DNA of 64,000 nucleotides from Guillardia theta CCMP2712 (Eukaryota > Protista > Cryptophyta), in contig NW_005434643.1 of NCBI RefSeq assembly GCF_000315625.1, positions 466,190 through 530,189 on the forward strand. Reading direction: 5' to 3'. Positions 11,143-24,400 of the stretch are shown piece by piece. The position numbers and the translations under genes are program-made. The notes beneath the pieces were generated by a model, which did not search any database, was not told the DNA's origin, and saw nothing but the letters and a program-made list of their open reading frames with translations. Every line of letters starts with the position of its first letter. Position 1 is the stretch's first letter.

Positions 11143-14100
11143 GTTCAAGCTCAGGCACCTGTAATGGCCTTCTGCGTGTTCTTCACTCCCGTATTCTTCC
11201 CGATGCTCTGCTCGCAGATGGTCGCGTTGGGCGAGGAGACGATGGGGGGAACGAAGGTGTCAGTGGTTGGGTCTGTGGCTGACAGGCTGTAGTCGAACTG
11301 GAACTTGTACAGAGCAACTCCAACGCTGACGACGACGACGAGGATGTCGAAGTAGGTCCACACCTCGACGGGAACGAACATCCACTCTCTTTTGATGACG
11401 GTCTGCCCCAAGAACTCGAAGACAAAGGCAGAGAGAACAAACAGGGTGATGATGCCAGCAATGGGAGAGTCGCGACCCAGGCAGTCGTTGAGCGAGGGGT
11501 CGGGGTTGATGTCAGGGCTCAAGCTCAGGCCAACCGCAAGGTCTCCGAGGATGAGGAGAAGCATGGTCACGGAGAAGCTGACCGAGTCCAGGAGCCTTGC
11601 CAGCGCTACCTTCCTGTGAGGAGGTCAAGCGCAACGGATGTGTCAAACGCGAGCTATTACCAGCCTGATATTGCAACTGACATGCTGTGCAAGGGAATGC
11701 TGTTCATGTAGACATTTCCATTCTGACAGCCGCGGAACACCAGGATCTTTCCCTGATACTTGCATGCACTGCGGAAAGTCAGACGAGGCTTCGGTCAGCC
11801 AGCAACCTCTACCAGCATGAGTTGACTGGTATCTGATGATCCCACGACTTCAAGGGCTCAGAGAGGTCGACGTCATCCTCCACCTTTCCTCTCCAGATCT
11901 TCATGGTCCCATCCATGGAGGTCGTGAAGAGGACGGGCACTTTCAGACCTGTAAAGACGTTGACGCTCGTGACACATCCTGAATGCCCCAGCAGCTGCTG
12001 GGCTGCCTCGCCCAGCTGCAGGTCTATGATCTTGATGGCTCCGTTTGAACAGCCGGCGGCGAGAAAGTTCTTGGTCACGGCCATGGTGTTGACGACGAAG
12101 TAACCTTCAACCTGCCATCTAACTGTCAGCTGCAGCTGGCAGCGAGCAGGCCAGCAGACCGCCTTTGCTTTCATCATGACATCCACAGAGAAAGAAACTT
12201 TCCCCAGCAGTGATTCCCCAGCCTTGTCGTCCCTGTAGACAAACCTATCATGGCAAATTGAAGGTATGGAGAGGTCTTCACCACTCATAGAGCAACACAA
12301 TTACGTGCTCGTCGCCCAGCAATCGTTTCAGGTCTAAAGTATAGGAGGCTTCCCAAACGGGCCTTTCTCTCGAGACAGATGCCGTTTGAAACTTGTCGGT
12401 TTGAAACAACAGCCTGCAGAAGTAAGTCTTGCTCTTGTTGGGCTTGGTAGGGTCCTGATGCAACATCAGTCTGAAGAATGTTGGGCCAACAAGCTGGTTG
12501 ATCGTACAGGCAGGTTCTTGGCTCGCTCGATCTCAACCTGTAGACGAGACACATCTCGAGTGGCGATCTTCTCATACTTGACGCGCAAGAAGATCTGGGT
12601 GCGAGTGCCCTGGTAGTGCTCGGGATCATCGGAGTGCTTTTCTGCTGCCAGCTTCGAGTCGTCGAAGGACATGCTCGTTTGAAGAATGAAGTCCATCGAG
12701 TTCACTCCTGGCACAACAAGACAAGGGAGTGAGAAATCAACCCCGACATGCCTCATCCCCGCACACACCTGAATCGAAAGACAGGACTCTGAAGCAATCT
12801 GCTGAGATGACGTCCCAGATTCGAACCGTCTGCTATAGTTAGCAGGAGATTGTTGACACGGAGGCGAGGCTCACAGCGTCTAGCGATGCTGTGAAGAGCT
12901 GCTGCGTTCCATGCGCGTCCAAAATCTTCATGCTCGTCACTGAGTCCCGATGTCCCTTGTACACGGTGATCGCTGTCCCCGTCTCAATATTCCACATGAT
13001 CGCCCGGTAGTCATGAGAGGCTGGAGGAGGGTTGAGCGCGTCATAGCATGCAGCAGACAGTGGGCCAGCAGATTGACCTGAGAAAAGGCGGAGACGAGGG
13101 ATGATGTGCAAATCGATGGCAACGTGCAACTTAGAGTTTCGTTTCTGTTTGAGGCTTGTTGCGTTGATGAGGAAGAACTCAAGCCTCTTGGACGTATGGT
13201 GCCACGTGATCTCGAGCTTGCAGCCTTGTCGTCACAAGGTAACAGACAAGGGAAGCAGGGAATACCGAGAGATTGCAGACATGCGATCCATCTTTCATCA
13301 TGGTGAAGGTCTTGGTTACGACGAGGTCGCTGTGGAGGAAGAACAAATTCAGTATGCATAGAGGGCTCGAATCTCCTTCAACTCACTAATTCGCTTTGAT
13401 CTCGAACAAGTCCGCAAATGGCAGGTAGACCGCACCTATCTCATCTTCGTGGCCGTCCACTACGGATTGCTCGTACCTGGATCTCACTCGATCAAGAACT
13501 GTAACGGCTGACACGCTTACTTTGAACCCACAGAGTGACTGTAATGAGCGTGTCCCGCCCTTCCGTTTGAAACTCGAGACGCTCGTTCCACACACAATTC
13601 TTCGAGACGATCGCAACTCCGCTGCACTTCCTGAAAGATTTCGCAGCCTCGACGACATGGGTGCAAACAGCCGAAATCAAATCATGGTGCCCTTCCATCA
13701 TTCGGATGCATCTCTTTGTAGCGGTAGAGAACATACGAACAATGGCGTCGTAGGAGCCTGTGATCAGAACCTCTTCCCCATCAACCTCTGCCACCCACAT
13801 GCATGAGACGGCATCGAGGTGCCCCTCAAACATGCTGATGTACAGTTTGTTGGCAGGATCTGTATATCACACATCAACTTGTCAGCACCAGAGGCATGCG
13901 GAAACAGTTTCATACCAGCATGCTGCTCCAGGATATCGCCGTACTTGTCTGTGACGTACTCGGCCCTTCGCTTCAACACCGGCACGTTGTCGTTGATGTT
14001 GAGGAGGTCTCTTCGCACCAGCTCGTCCTTGGTTTCCTCTGCCTTGACCTGCAGCGCCACATCTGCTGACACGAGCGCGCGCTTGCTCGCGTGAGGCTGA

Positions 14101-14290
14101 GCCATTGCGGGGGAGCTATCAAGGTTGAGGGGCCTGCACTATGCCTGACTTGAGGCAATCACACTGATCTCTGAGGGCGGAACCTGCTTCTGAGTCAACC
14201 AGAGCTTGCTGTCGCAGTCACCAACAGCACTCGGTTGCAGTTCAAGTGCCCTCATGCCATACGGTTTGAGCCGCCAGCGTGCCTGGAGCA
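10595..14290 (-). CDS. WD40-repeat protein with inserted C2 domains and a voltage-sensor-like (S1-S4) domain; multi-exon, start approximate
   Basis: WD repeats: GHLDAVSC..TGSYDAIVRMF; GHRDSVTS..TASLD; GHSGCVTS..TTSMDGTMKIW; final GHKHLVTS..ASGDRTVIMWD. C2 motifs: WNERLEF; LQVEIERAKNLP..PVWEASY. TM helices: ILGDL, FVFE, YFDILVVVVS, then an Arg-periodic exon at 10940-11059. Confidence 0.8.
11083..11140. repeat. (CAG)n tract inside an intron
   Basis: Directly visible; lies in the 11060-11158 intron of the minus-strand gene. Confidence 0.95.
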
Positions 14291-16762
14291 TCAGCTCAAG
14301 TCAGTGAACGCTCTCTGACTTCATCATCAACTTTCGATCGATTTCACTTCCGACGAGCCCGGCAAGAACCCGCTACTCCATTGAAGTGACAGCATCAGTC
14401 GGAGCCTGGGCGCATGACAGCGTAGGCTTGTACTGAGGCATCTAACTGACCTCGATCTGACTCTACTAAGCCTCATCAAGCATTCCCTCAGCGGGCCAGT
14501 AGTCACGCTGCCGCGATGATCCTCGTCTCTCCTCCCTTACCGGCAAGCAGTCTGAGGCTCAGGCGTCGACAGCCATTGGGCACCGAACGGTAGCTGCCTC
14601 ACCCCGACCGTTCCGTGAAGCAGCCTGCTAGTTGTGGCGCCCGGCACCGACTCGTCGGAGACGGTCGGTCGGTCCGGGGGGCCGCCCCGGGCCGGGCCCG
14701 GGCCCACTCCGGAGTCCCGGACGGCGCCGTTCACCGGCGTGGCGCGGTACGGTCACGGGTGACTCCGGCGACTCGGAGGGAGGGCCGAGTCCGATGGCCC
14801 GGGCCGCCAAGTCACGTCCCGGTCACGACTACGGTACTGACTTATTAGTAGTCACCCGACTCGGCCGCGATCGGACGGGCACGCCGGTGCCACCGTGCCC
14901 GGCCGCCGCCGGTGGCCGACCGTGACTGTCGAGTCCCGGCGGGCCGGGCCCCTGGGCCCCGGGCCCGGCCCACCCGTGACCCGGACCCGGCCCGGGCCGG
15001 GCGGCCGCCCGCCGCCGCCGCCCCGGACAGTGCCGCTGTGCAGTGCGGTGACCGCAGGCGGCTAGCCAAGTGCTGAAGTCACTAACCACAGTGAGATGCG
15101 GCGCCGCGCCCGGCGCCGCCGACGGCGGCCCCGGCGCGGAGCCTCGGCGGAGTCCAGCAGCCTGAGTCACGGGAGTCGGACTCGCCCGCCGCTCCGACCG
15201 CTCACCGTGCCAGGCCGCCTCCTTCCTTTTTGGGCCACGAGGGTGACGCCCGGGCCCAGTTCGCAGTCAGATGGCTGACCACCTATACCACCCCCCATTC
15301 ACCCTTCTATCACCCCCTGTTTTTACATTCAGCTGATCTCAATCCCTGCAACCACCCACCCCCTCTTCGAGGACATCCGATTCCCGCGCTGTCCGTCGAT
15401 CCTCATCACACCCCCTTTCCCGCCAGATCCGTAAAAGTGAGTATTACAAACTCGTGCAAAAACCTTTTAAATGCTTCCTCTTTGGTACATCATCAATACA
15501 AAAGTAGTTTTATTCCAGTTCCCGGCAATGCGGTGGTAGGGTCCTTACCAGTGGGACATGGGACCCGTATTCGAGAGGGGAGAGGATCAACTTCCAACGT
15601 GGTGGTGGTGTACCCCAACATACTAGGGGTGGTTGAGCCAGCAAAGACTCAAATTCTGCAAGCCTACAAGCACTAAAAATAGCAACAAAAAGCTATACAT
15701 CTGATATATAATGTACCAGCATGTCGCAAATAATTTTGTGGTGGTAGCATTCTTTTGTACCATCAATCTTCTTTTCTACCGACATGCGGTATCACGAATT
15801 TATTTTGTCTGTACCAAAGATTCTGGACTTTCTGTGGTCAACAGGGCACATACCCACCTAGATTACTAAAAATTGAAGCCCTTCGGCTTTGGATGTCGGG
15901 TGGAGGGTTGTCATCGTCATCGTCGCATTCGGACGGATGAACCCCTCTCTAAGGGCGGATCCTGGTGAAAGGAGTGGATAAGGGGGGTGGTACATTTGTA
16001 TCCAGCTACCGGTGTAAATTCCCTGATACAATCATCTGTCTCCTATGGTGGGTGCACAAAGCGAAGGCCTGCAGGGTGGGTACTCATTCAAAATTTCAAT
16101 TCGATACCCTCAGGGGGTGGTATCACAACAGGGTGTGTATGGGGTAGTAATTCACACAGTCCACCCAGGACCGGTCCTTTTAGATCAATCTTCTTGCCAT
16201 GACCTAGGGGAAAAGGGGGTGGGAGCAAAAGTCCTAATCTAATGTGAGGGTGGAGACTGTCCGACTAAAGGGGTGGAACCTTCCACAGGCTCTCTCACCC
16301 CCTGCAAACTACCCCTACCCACGTTGACCTGTACCCCACCCCCACAAATATATTCATCTCCAAGCACCCATCCTTTAATTGGATGGATTGATTCGGTTTG
16401 ACCAAGAGCGTGACCGCTACCCATGGAACCAGACCCCCTACCCCTTCTCAATATACCCCTACCCATAGAATCAGTGTTTATTGGTGATCAAGGTCTATAT
16501 CTATACCAATTCTTCCTACTCCTAGGTACACCCTACCCTACCAAAAAAGTTCTGCTACAGCACCCACCCTTAGACATTTGAACCCCACCCTGTATTGATT
16601 TCTATGCCTCCTAGCTTACCACCCCCACCAGCTAAATTGGAACTTTCGCTCTTGTTTGACCAGCATCTACCCACCCTGCTGACATGTTCCACCCCACCCA
16701 TTTTCAAATATAGTACCCCACCCCGCAGATTTCACTCGGTCTGGTTTTGCCGCGGCGGCAAC

Positions 16763-18218
16763 ATGGGCAGGAATGTGTCCCTGCAGTTGAAGCTCGTGAA
16801 TGGCGCGACAGTCGCAGTTTCCGTCCCCTCTTCTTCGACAGTGTCCGCTTTGAAGAAGATCGTGGCGGAGAAGGAATCCATACCAGTAGAGAAGCAGCGG
16901 GTGAGTGAAATGGATCCTTGTTGTTATGGCGCCATCCAGCCCGTCCTGCGTTGATTTGCAATACGTTGATTGGGAGCGCCATTGGAGTGTTTATGTCATC
17001 ATGTTGCCATTGATTTATGTGTACACTTTGTATTCTCGATTTATGTGCTTGGCACGATCAACGGTCCCTGCATTGTGAGAGGGAACTGACATAGAATCTT
17101 TCGTGAGAAGCAATGCGAAACCCACTATCCTCGGTGTTTCTGTTTCAACAACTGTTCTTATTTTCTGTTGCTGACATGTTTTCCTTCAGATTATTTATGC
17201 TGGGAAGGAGCTTGATGATGCAAGCACCTTGGCCGAGAGTGAAGTTGAATCCGGCGCACAGATGTTCGTGGTAGTGCGAACTGCAAAAGGACTGCAGATC
17301 CACGTCAAGACTCTGAAAGATCGCTTTTTCATCATCAACGCTGACCAGACTACCACCGTCCTTGACGTGAAACATAGAGTTGCAGAACAAGATTCCCAAT
17401 GGGAGGTTACGCGCCAGCGCATGATCTTTCAAGGCAAGGAACTATTGGACTCAAAACTCATCGTCAACTGTGGGCTCCATGACGAAACACCAACGGTCCA
17501 CCTAGTCATGCGCCCTCCAGCGCCAGGAACAGCAAGGAGGCGAAAGGACGACAGCTCTCTCAAGACGAGCACTAGCGCGAAATCAAAGTCTAGGAGTTCA
17601 CCAGTGGTGAAGGTTGAATCGAGTGCGTGCGCGAGCCCTGAAGACGACTACCGTGATTGCCGTGTCAACGGTGACCTCATCACCGAGAACATTCCCATGG
17701 AGTTTGAGACTGCATGGTCTGAGTTCGAAGTTGAAGCCAGATCCACATCGGCATCGGCACAGTGGGAGAACGCGGTCCAGCTGATGCCTACTGGAGGGCA
17801 CGGGAATTCTCCTGGATCAGATGAGAGCTTGGCTGTGATTGAAGCTCTGGATGTGAGCGCGATCGACCTTGGGACTCTTCCTTCCTCATCCCCAGTGTTC
17901 ACTGACATGGTTGCCAACACGAAGGTTGAAGGCTTCGAAGAGCTCCCAGTGCCGTCGACACAGGGTAGGGCTTACGACCTGAGCAAAGTAGATGAAAAGC
18001 TTCGCAAGCGGCTGCTGAAGAACCGTCTCTCTGCGGAGAGATCCAGACAAAGGAAGCAAGCCCATGTGGAGTCACTGGAGTTCGAACTTTCTTGTTGCCG
18101 GTCAGAGAATGAGTATCTCAAGAAGAAAGTCGCATCGCTGGAAGCTCAGTTGGCAGCTCTCTCCATGGCAGCAGGGTCGAACCAAAGCGCCTACCGCAAG
18201 GAAGTCGCCGTCTCCTAG
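16763..18218 (+). CDS. Tandem ubiquitin-like domains fused to a bZIP transcription factor; 2 exons (16763-16900, 17190-18218)
   Basis: UBL1 TVSALKKIVAEKESIPVEKQR|IIYAGKELDD; UBL2 TVLDVKHRV...QRMIFQGKELLD...TVHLVMR; bZIP RKRLLKNRLSAERSRQRKQAHVESLE plus a heptad zipper; phase-0 GT-AG intron. Confidence 0.9.
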
Positions 18219-18413
18219 ACATCTCTTACTAACGCTACCCTTGTGTTCGGATTGTGCGACTTGCGCCCCTCCGCTCATGTCTGAAAATAAACCTACTAAT
18301 CCGCACTGACTGCGCTTTCTCTAAAGAGATTTTCCATGGACGACAATGGAACGTGATAGTCAAAGTTTATTTTTGTCTGGGACAGGAGGTTATGGATTTA
18401 TTTACATCAAGTG

Positions 18414-21400
18414 CTAGTGGCCAGTCACGTTATGGAGAGTTTCCTGTAAGCTGTGCAAATCAGGCACGAAAGAGCGAACCCGTTTGATCTGCTTGTGGTG
18501 ATGATGGATAGACGGACAAATACGTTCAGTCTCTGCTTCATCGTCATCCTCTTTCGCTCCATCCTCTGTCCTCCCCTTACCTGACCACAGCTCGTCGATC
18601 AACTCCAAGTTCTTGCCATGGAACTCCTCGTCCCCTTCCAGCGTCTCGAGGAGAGCGCTGAGATGGTGAGGTGCGCAGTCAGTGGTGATGGGGTTGCTGT
18701 TGCGCTTGAAGTAGCTTTCCGTGGAGACCTTGAGCAGCTCCCATACCTGCCAAAGAGTCAGAGCTGATGCAGGAGATCGAGACGGCAGAATCAAGGGCAA
18801 GAAAGCACACTGAAAGAAGCTGCAGAAGGGGGAGAGGAGGAGGGGGAGTAGAGGGGAGGGGGAGGAGAAGGAGGAACCTGCATAAAGTATCCAGCATCTG
18901 AGATCCTCCTGTAGTGAGTTTGCAGGACGAGGCAAGAAAGGCTCCATGCTCGAAAGATGTTCTTCTCTAAGTTAGGGCAGGGCTTGTCCTCCACCTGCTG
19001 CCCGGTGAGACCAGACAGGGAGGACAGAAAGCAGCTGCTATGTTACCTCGTCCAGCATCTCTGCCACGAGCTTGACGAGAACCTGTCCCAGACGTTGAGA
19101 TAGGAGGAGAGACGAGAAGAACGTTGGGACAGGAGAAGGAGTGAGGAGGAAACGCGTACCTGCTCGAAGAAACGCACCCATTGCTGATCCTTGACTTCCT
19201 CAAGAAACGACGAGAGAACGATTCTGCAACATGGTCAGCAACCGGCGCAAGACTCTCGTCGCACCTCTCGTAGGTGAGGAGCCCGTAGTCCCTCCTGTCT
19301 CTCAAGGACCGCGACTCCTGTCCGTCTTGTCAGGCAAGCTCAACACATTCCGAATGCAGAAGAGAAGCAGGAGATGAGGCAAGGAAGGAAGTAGGAAGGA
19401 AGAGAGGGGAGGGGAGGAGGAGGAGGAGGAGGAGGAGGAGGAGGAGGAGGAGGAGGGAAGGAAAGCCTGACCAGGCAAACTTTGTGCATCGTCTCCACTA
19501 CATGCATCCAGAGCGCGTGCGTTGACTGAGAGGTTGAGTTGCCTTCGGGGAGGAGGAAGAGGTCCTCCTTGAAGCCTGTGGGGAGATGAGGAGATGAGAT
19601 GCCGGCGGTCAGCGATCACCGCATGCTCGACGCTTCTCGAGGGAGAGAACTCTGAGATAGCTCGCGAAGATGAGATCGACGGACTGACATGTCTAGTAAG
19701 AGCTGGCACGTAACGAACCAGGAAGCTGAAAGGGCAGAGGAAGAGAAGGATGTGACGGAGGAGGAGGAGGAGGAGGAGGAGAAAGCCGATGCTTCGGCTC
19801 ATATTCCTCACCTTGCGTGACAAGTCGTCGTTTGCGATGAAGACAGCAAACACACCACAAGCCTACAGCAAACATGAGCAAGACAGGAACAGAAAGCAAC
19901 AGGGGCGGAAATGGACAAGCAGCAAGTAGGAGGGGAAGAGCTGGTGATAACCTTGACTATCCTAGTAAAGTTCGCCGTCGCCATCATGGACTCGTCGAGG
20001 ACTATCATCGCCAGCGCCTCCAGCGCGAGGGTGGAGGTCGACGGGTATCGGCACATGCGCTGGGAGGAGATGAGAAAGGATAGAGGGAGAGCAGCGGCAG
20101 ACCTCGAGCACCGATACAACCGCATCGCAGAGCTTGCCGGCCCTGACAGCAGACAGGTTCCTCTGCTCGCGCGCGTCAGTCGAGTGCTTGCTCCTCGTAT
20201 CCGGGTCACCTGAACGATGGTGAAGAGATGCGGCATGCTCTCGTCTGCCAAGCTGGAAACTGATGGAAATCCCAGTGGTCAAATGAAGGAAAAGAGGAAA
20301 AAGGAACAAAGAGCGCAGCAGCGGGAGGGGATGGTGGGAGGAAGGGGAGGAGGAGGGCAAGGAGGACTGGAGGTGGAAAGTTGAACGGAGAGGATTGAGG
20401 AGGAGAGCATTCAAGGCGTCAGGGCACTCACATAGTTCCTCGGTCAAGTTGTTCATGAGCCAAAGGATTCCAACAACATCTCCAATCACTTGCGGCTTCT
20501 GCCACGGCCAACAAGTCAAATCGCAATCACCATTTTTGTCATCGTGATCGATTGCCCATCCTCTCCCCATTGCTCTCCTCTCCCCTCCCCTCCCCTCCCC
20601 TCCCCTCCCCTCCCCTCCCCTCCTCCTCTCCCCTCCCCTCCCCTCCTCTCCTCTCCTCTCCTCTCCTCTAATTTCACCGTTGAGATCGCGTTGTTCCCAA
20701 TCTGCAGCAGGCCGACTACCATCATGTCTACTAGCTCCTTGGGAGTCGAAACTGTTCATATCATCATGTCAATGTTCAAGTACATGTCTTTGTGCACACC
20801 AATGAAGGCAATCATTACGATGCCAATCATCATCGTCAACAAAAACATAACCCACTTCACCATCACCATCATCGCCAGTAGAAACATCAACACAAACCAT
20901 TTTCGATCGAAGGAGAGAGCCCGTGAAAGATCCAGGGCCACAAGGAGGAGATGCGGTGCTGGTTGTTGTTGACGAGGAAGAGTAGGAGTTTGAGAGCAGT
21001 GACTTGTCTCTTCTGCAACTCTCTAGTCGACCTCCTCCCGCTCTTGTCTACTGAATGTTTGTCCTCCTCCTCCTCAACCTGCAACTCGATCTTCAGCCCC
21101 CCGCCTCATCGCTCTCGCATACCGTTTTCTCCCTCCTCCTCTTCTTTGCTACCCTCCCTCCCTCTNNNNNNNNNNNNNNNNNNNNNNNNNNNNNNNNNNN
21201 NNNNNNNNNNNNNNNNNNNNNNNNNNNNNNNNNNNNNNNNNNNNNNNNNNNNNNNNNNNNNNNNNCCCTCCCTCCCTCCCTCCCTCCCTCCCTCCCTCCC
21301 TTCCCTCCCGTCCCACTTTTCTCCCCTCCTCTCAGCTTCCTTGTCTTCTGCCCGCATGCTCAGCTCCCCCCTGCTCTCACCTCGGCCGCATTTTTTGTCA

Positions 21401-24400
21401 CGATGGGGATGAGGGCGTTGACGAGGGGGAGGAGGGAGCAAGTCTCGAGGGTTACGAGCTTGCCTATGACCGACTCCAGCTTTATCCCCTTCATCGTCTC
21501 TCGGGCTGTTGAGGCCGTCACCAGGAAGAACGTCCTCTCCCTCTCCCTCTCCCTCTCCTTCTTTCTCTTCCTCTTCCTCTTCCTGTCCCTGTCCCTGTCC
21601 CTGTCCTTGTCCCTCTCCCCGTCTCCCTGTTAGCCTCCTCTCCTCCTCCATCGCCCCCTCCCCTTCGATGCACCTCCCCTTCATCTTACCCTTCTCCCCC
21701 ACCTCCCTCCCCCCTCCCAACACAGCACAGACCCCACAGCACCTCTCCTCTTCCTGCTCCTCCCCCCTCCCCTCCCTTCCCGTTCGCTCTTCCTCTCCCT
21801 CCTTCACCTGCATTATAGTATCTGACACTTGAATCCGAAGGCTTCGGGGACGCGTGCGGGGCGAAGGAGACGGAGAACCCATCGGAGGACCTGCTCTCCT
21901 TGCTCTCCCTTCTCTCCTCCCCGTTCCTCCGTCTCCGCACGTTGCTTGCAAACTCAACCCTCACCAGGTCGCAGGAAAGGATGGTAACCAGGCACTCGGC
22001 CGCCTTGCTCCAGGACGTTCGCAGGTGGTCGCCATGCTCGGCGATGATGCGCATGAGGTTGAGGAGCGACCGCTGGGCCTTCTCGGAGCTGGGAGAGGTC
22101 AGGAGGAGCGGCAACGAGCAGGTGGTGGAAGACGAGGGAGAAGGCAACGGGCGAAGAAAGTAAGAGGACCGCAGAGTAGTGAGGAAGAGGAGGAGGAGGG
22201 AACGAGAGTGGAGAGATAGGAGGAGGAAGGCAGAAGCTTGAGGGGAAGAGGAGGAGAGAGGACAAGAATGTGGGGAGGAGGAGGGAGGATGACATACCTT
22301 CCAAGAAGGAGGAGGGAGGAGGAGCTGGGAGACGAGAGGAGCGGGGCGGAGAGGCTTGTCTGCTGGCTCAGTACCACCACCAGGTAATCCAACGCCTCTA
22401 CTATCTTGAGATGACCAGTGACGTTGGCTAGAACCTCCACTCCCTGTTGGAGGGTAAGAGCAGGAAGGAGGAGGAGGAGGAGAGGTGAGGGGAAGAGGGA
22501 CTGGGAGGAAGGACGGGGGAGGGGGGGGGGGGGAGGAGGAGGAAGCACCTCGAAGACGCAGTCTATGGCGTTGGGGTCGCTCGCGCTCTCCATCACTACA
22601 CAGGTGGCAGAGACGACAGGCCCCCACACGCTGAGGATCATCTCCTCGTCATGCAGTCCTAGATCTCCAACTCGGCTGTAGCCCTCGCCTCCTCCCCTCC
22701 TCTCCGCCAGCTGCAGCGCCCTCTCCACGGCAGCTACGTTGGAGGCGGCAGCAGAGGCGGCAGACGAGGATGAGGGAGAGGAGGAAGACGCTTCCTGTGC
22801 GTGCTTGGAGTCCAGACGGATCTCGTTGGAGGCGATGGAGGAGAAGATATTCTCGAGCAACTCCCTCGGGAGATCCTCCCGCAGCCCGCGCGACTTGTCT
22901 TCGTTGATGCCGCGGTTGTTCCTGATGAATTCCTCTAGCGTCATCCTCTTCTTGATCTGAGGGCTGTGCAGGTCGGTGTTGAGCATGATGATCGAGAAGG
23001 TCAGGATATGAACTGCATCCCAGGAATGAAAGATCCCACCATCCTGACCCCCGTCCCGCCCTCCCTCCTCGCTCCCCGTCTTCTGCTGCTCGAAGTAGTT
23101 CTGTGCGAATGCCTCGGTGATGCGGTCGATCTTCTGGCTTTCTCCTGGCAGCAAGAAGCTCTCCAGGTACACCCGCAGCGCCTGCTCTACAGTATCCCCG
23201 TGGAACTGAAACAACTTTGTGAACTCGCGGAGCACCTCCTGGTTGAACTCCTCCCTCTCTCCGATGTAGTCGCCTATGATGCGCTTGTCCAGCCCTAGCG
23301 CCGGCCCAGCCTGTGAGGGCAGTGAGAGGAGGAAGAGGAGGAGCGAGTAGGGAAGGAGGTGGAGAAGAGGCGAGCAAGGAACGAGGGAGAGGAGATGGAT
23401 GATGAAGACAATGATGACAATGACAATGATGACAATGATGACAATGATGACAATGATGATGATGATATGATGATGATGATGATGATGATGATGATATGAT
23501 GGAGGTGGTGGTGGTGATGGTAATGATGATAATGAAGTTGATGCTGAAAGACAACAGTCGATGAAGAGAAGGGGAGGAGGCCCGAAAACACCGGACGTGG
23601 CAGGTGAGAAGAGGAGGAGAGGAGGAGAGGAGGAGAGGAGGAGAGGAGGAGAGGAGGAGAGGAGGAGAGGAGGAGAGGAGGAGAGGAGGAGAGGAGGAGA
23701 GGAGGAGAGGAGAAACGGTGAACAACCTTAAAAAAGATCGCCAAGTCCTTCGCACCTCCCTCGTCCTGCGATTGACCATAAGAGAAAGACTGTCCTACTA
23801 TTTTCCTCTTCAGGGCTCAAGGGCTAATTATCTCACATACTCCTCCTCTCGAACCCCATCCCGACCCTCGCACAACTTTCCTCGCTGATTCCATTTTGCT
23901 ACTCAACTGCATCAACCCTTCACTCTTACTGCTCTCTCTTCCTATATCCCACTTGCTCTTCCTCTTCCTTCTCCTTCTCCTTCTCCCTCTTCTGCGTTTC
24001 ATCCTCGTCCTCGATCTCGACCTCGATTCTTGACCTCTCTCGTCCTCGTCCTCGTCCTCGTCTTCGCTACTAGATCACCTTGCTTCGCAGCAGACCGCTC
24101 TTGGTGAGCATCGCAAGGCCCTTCTTGACGTCTCGATTGAAATGTTCTGCAACAAAACATGTAAGAAGTCTAGCAGACGAGGCAACGAAGGGAGGGGAAG
24201 AGAAGAGCGCAAAAAGCACAAGGCAAAAGAGAAGAGATGTGAAAGATCGCAAAGATAGACAGAGATTTGATGAGGACAAGGATGCAAATAATAAGAGCAG
24301 AGCATGCGGGGAGTGTGATTCAGATCAAGAATATACGAGGATGACAACAGGGTAGGACGAGTGAGTGAGGGTACAAATTGAGCCCCTGAGCAAGCCGGTG

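Noticed and set aside
10940-11613. Hv1 proton channel or VSP phosphatase orthologue
   Set aside because: S4 lacks the RxWRxxR signature, no PTEN-like domain follows, and the module is embedded in WD40 repeats
14537-15278. Arg/Pro/Gly-rich ORFs in the GC islands (also 3986-4396, 43982-44482, 56812-57639)
   Set aside because: Stop-poor because of high GC, open on both strands, and no protein-like features
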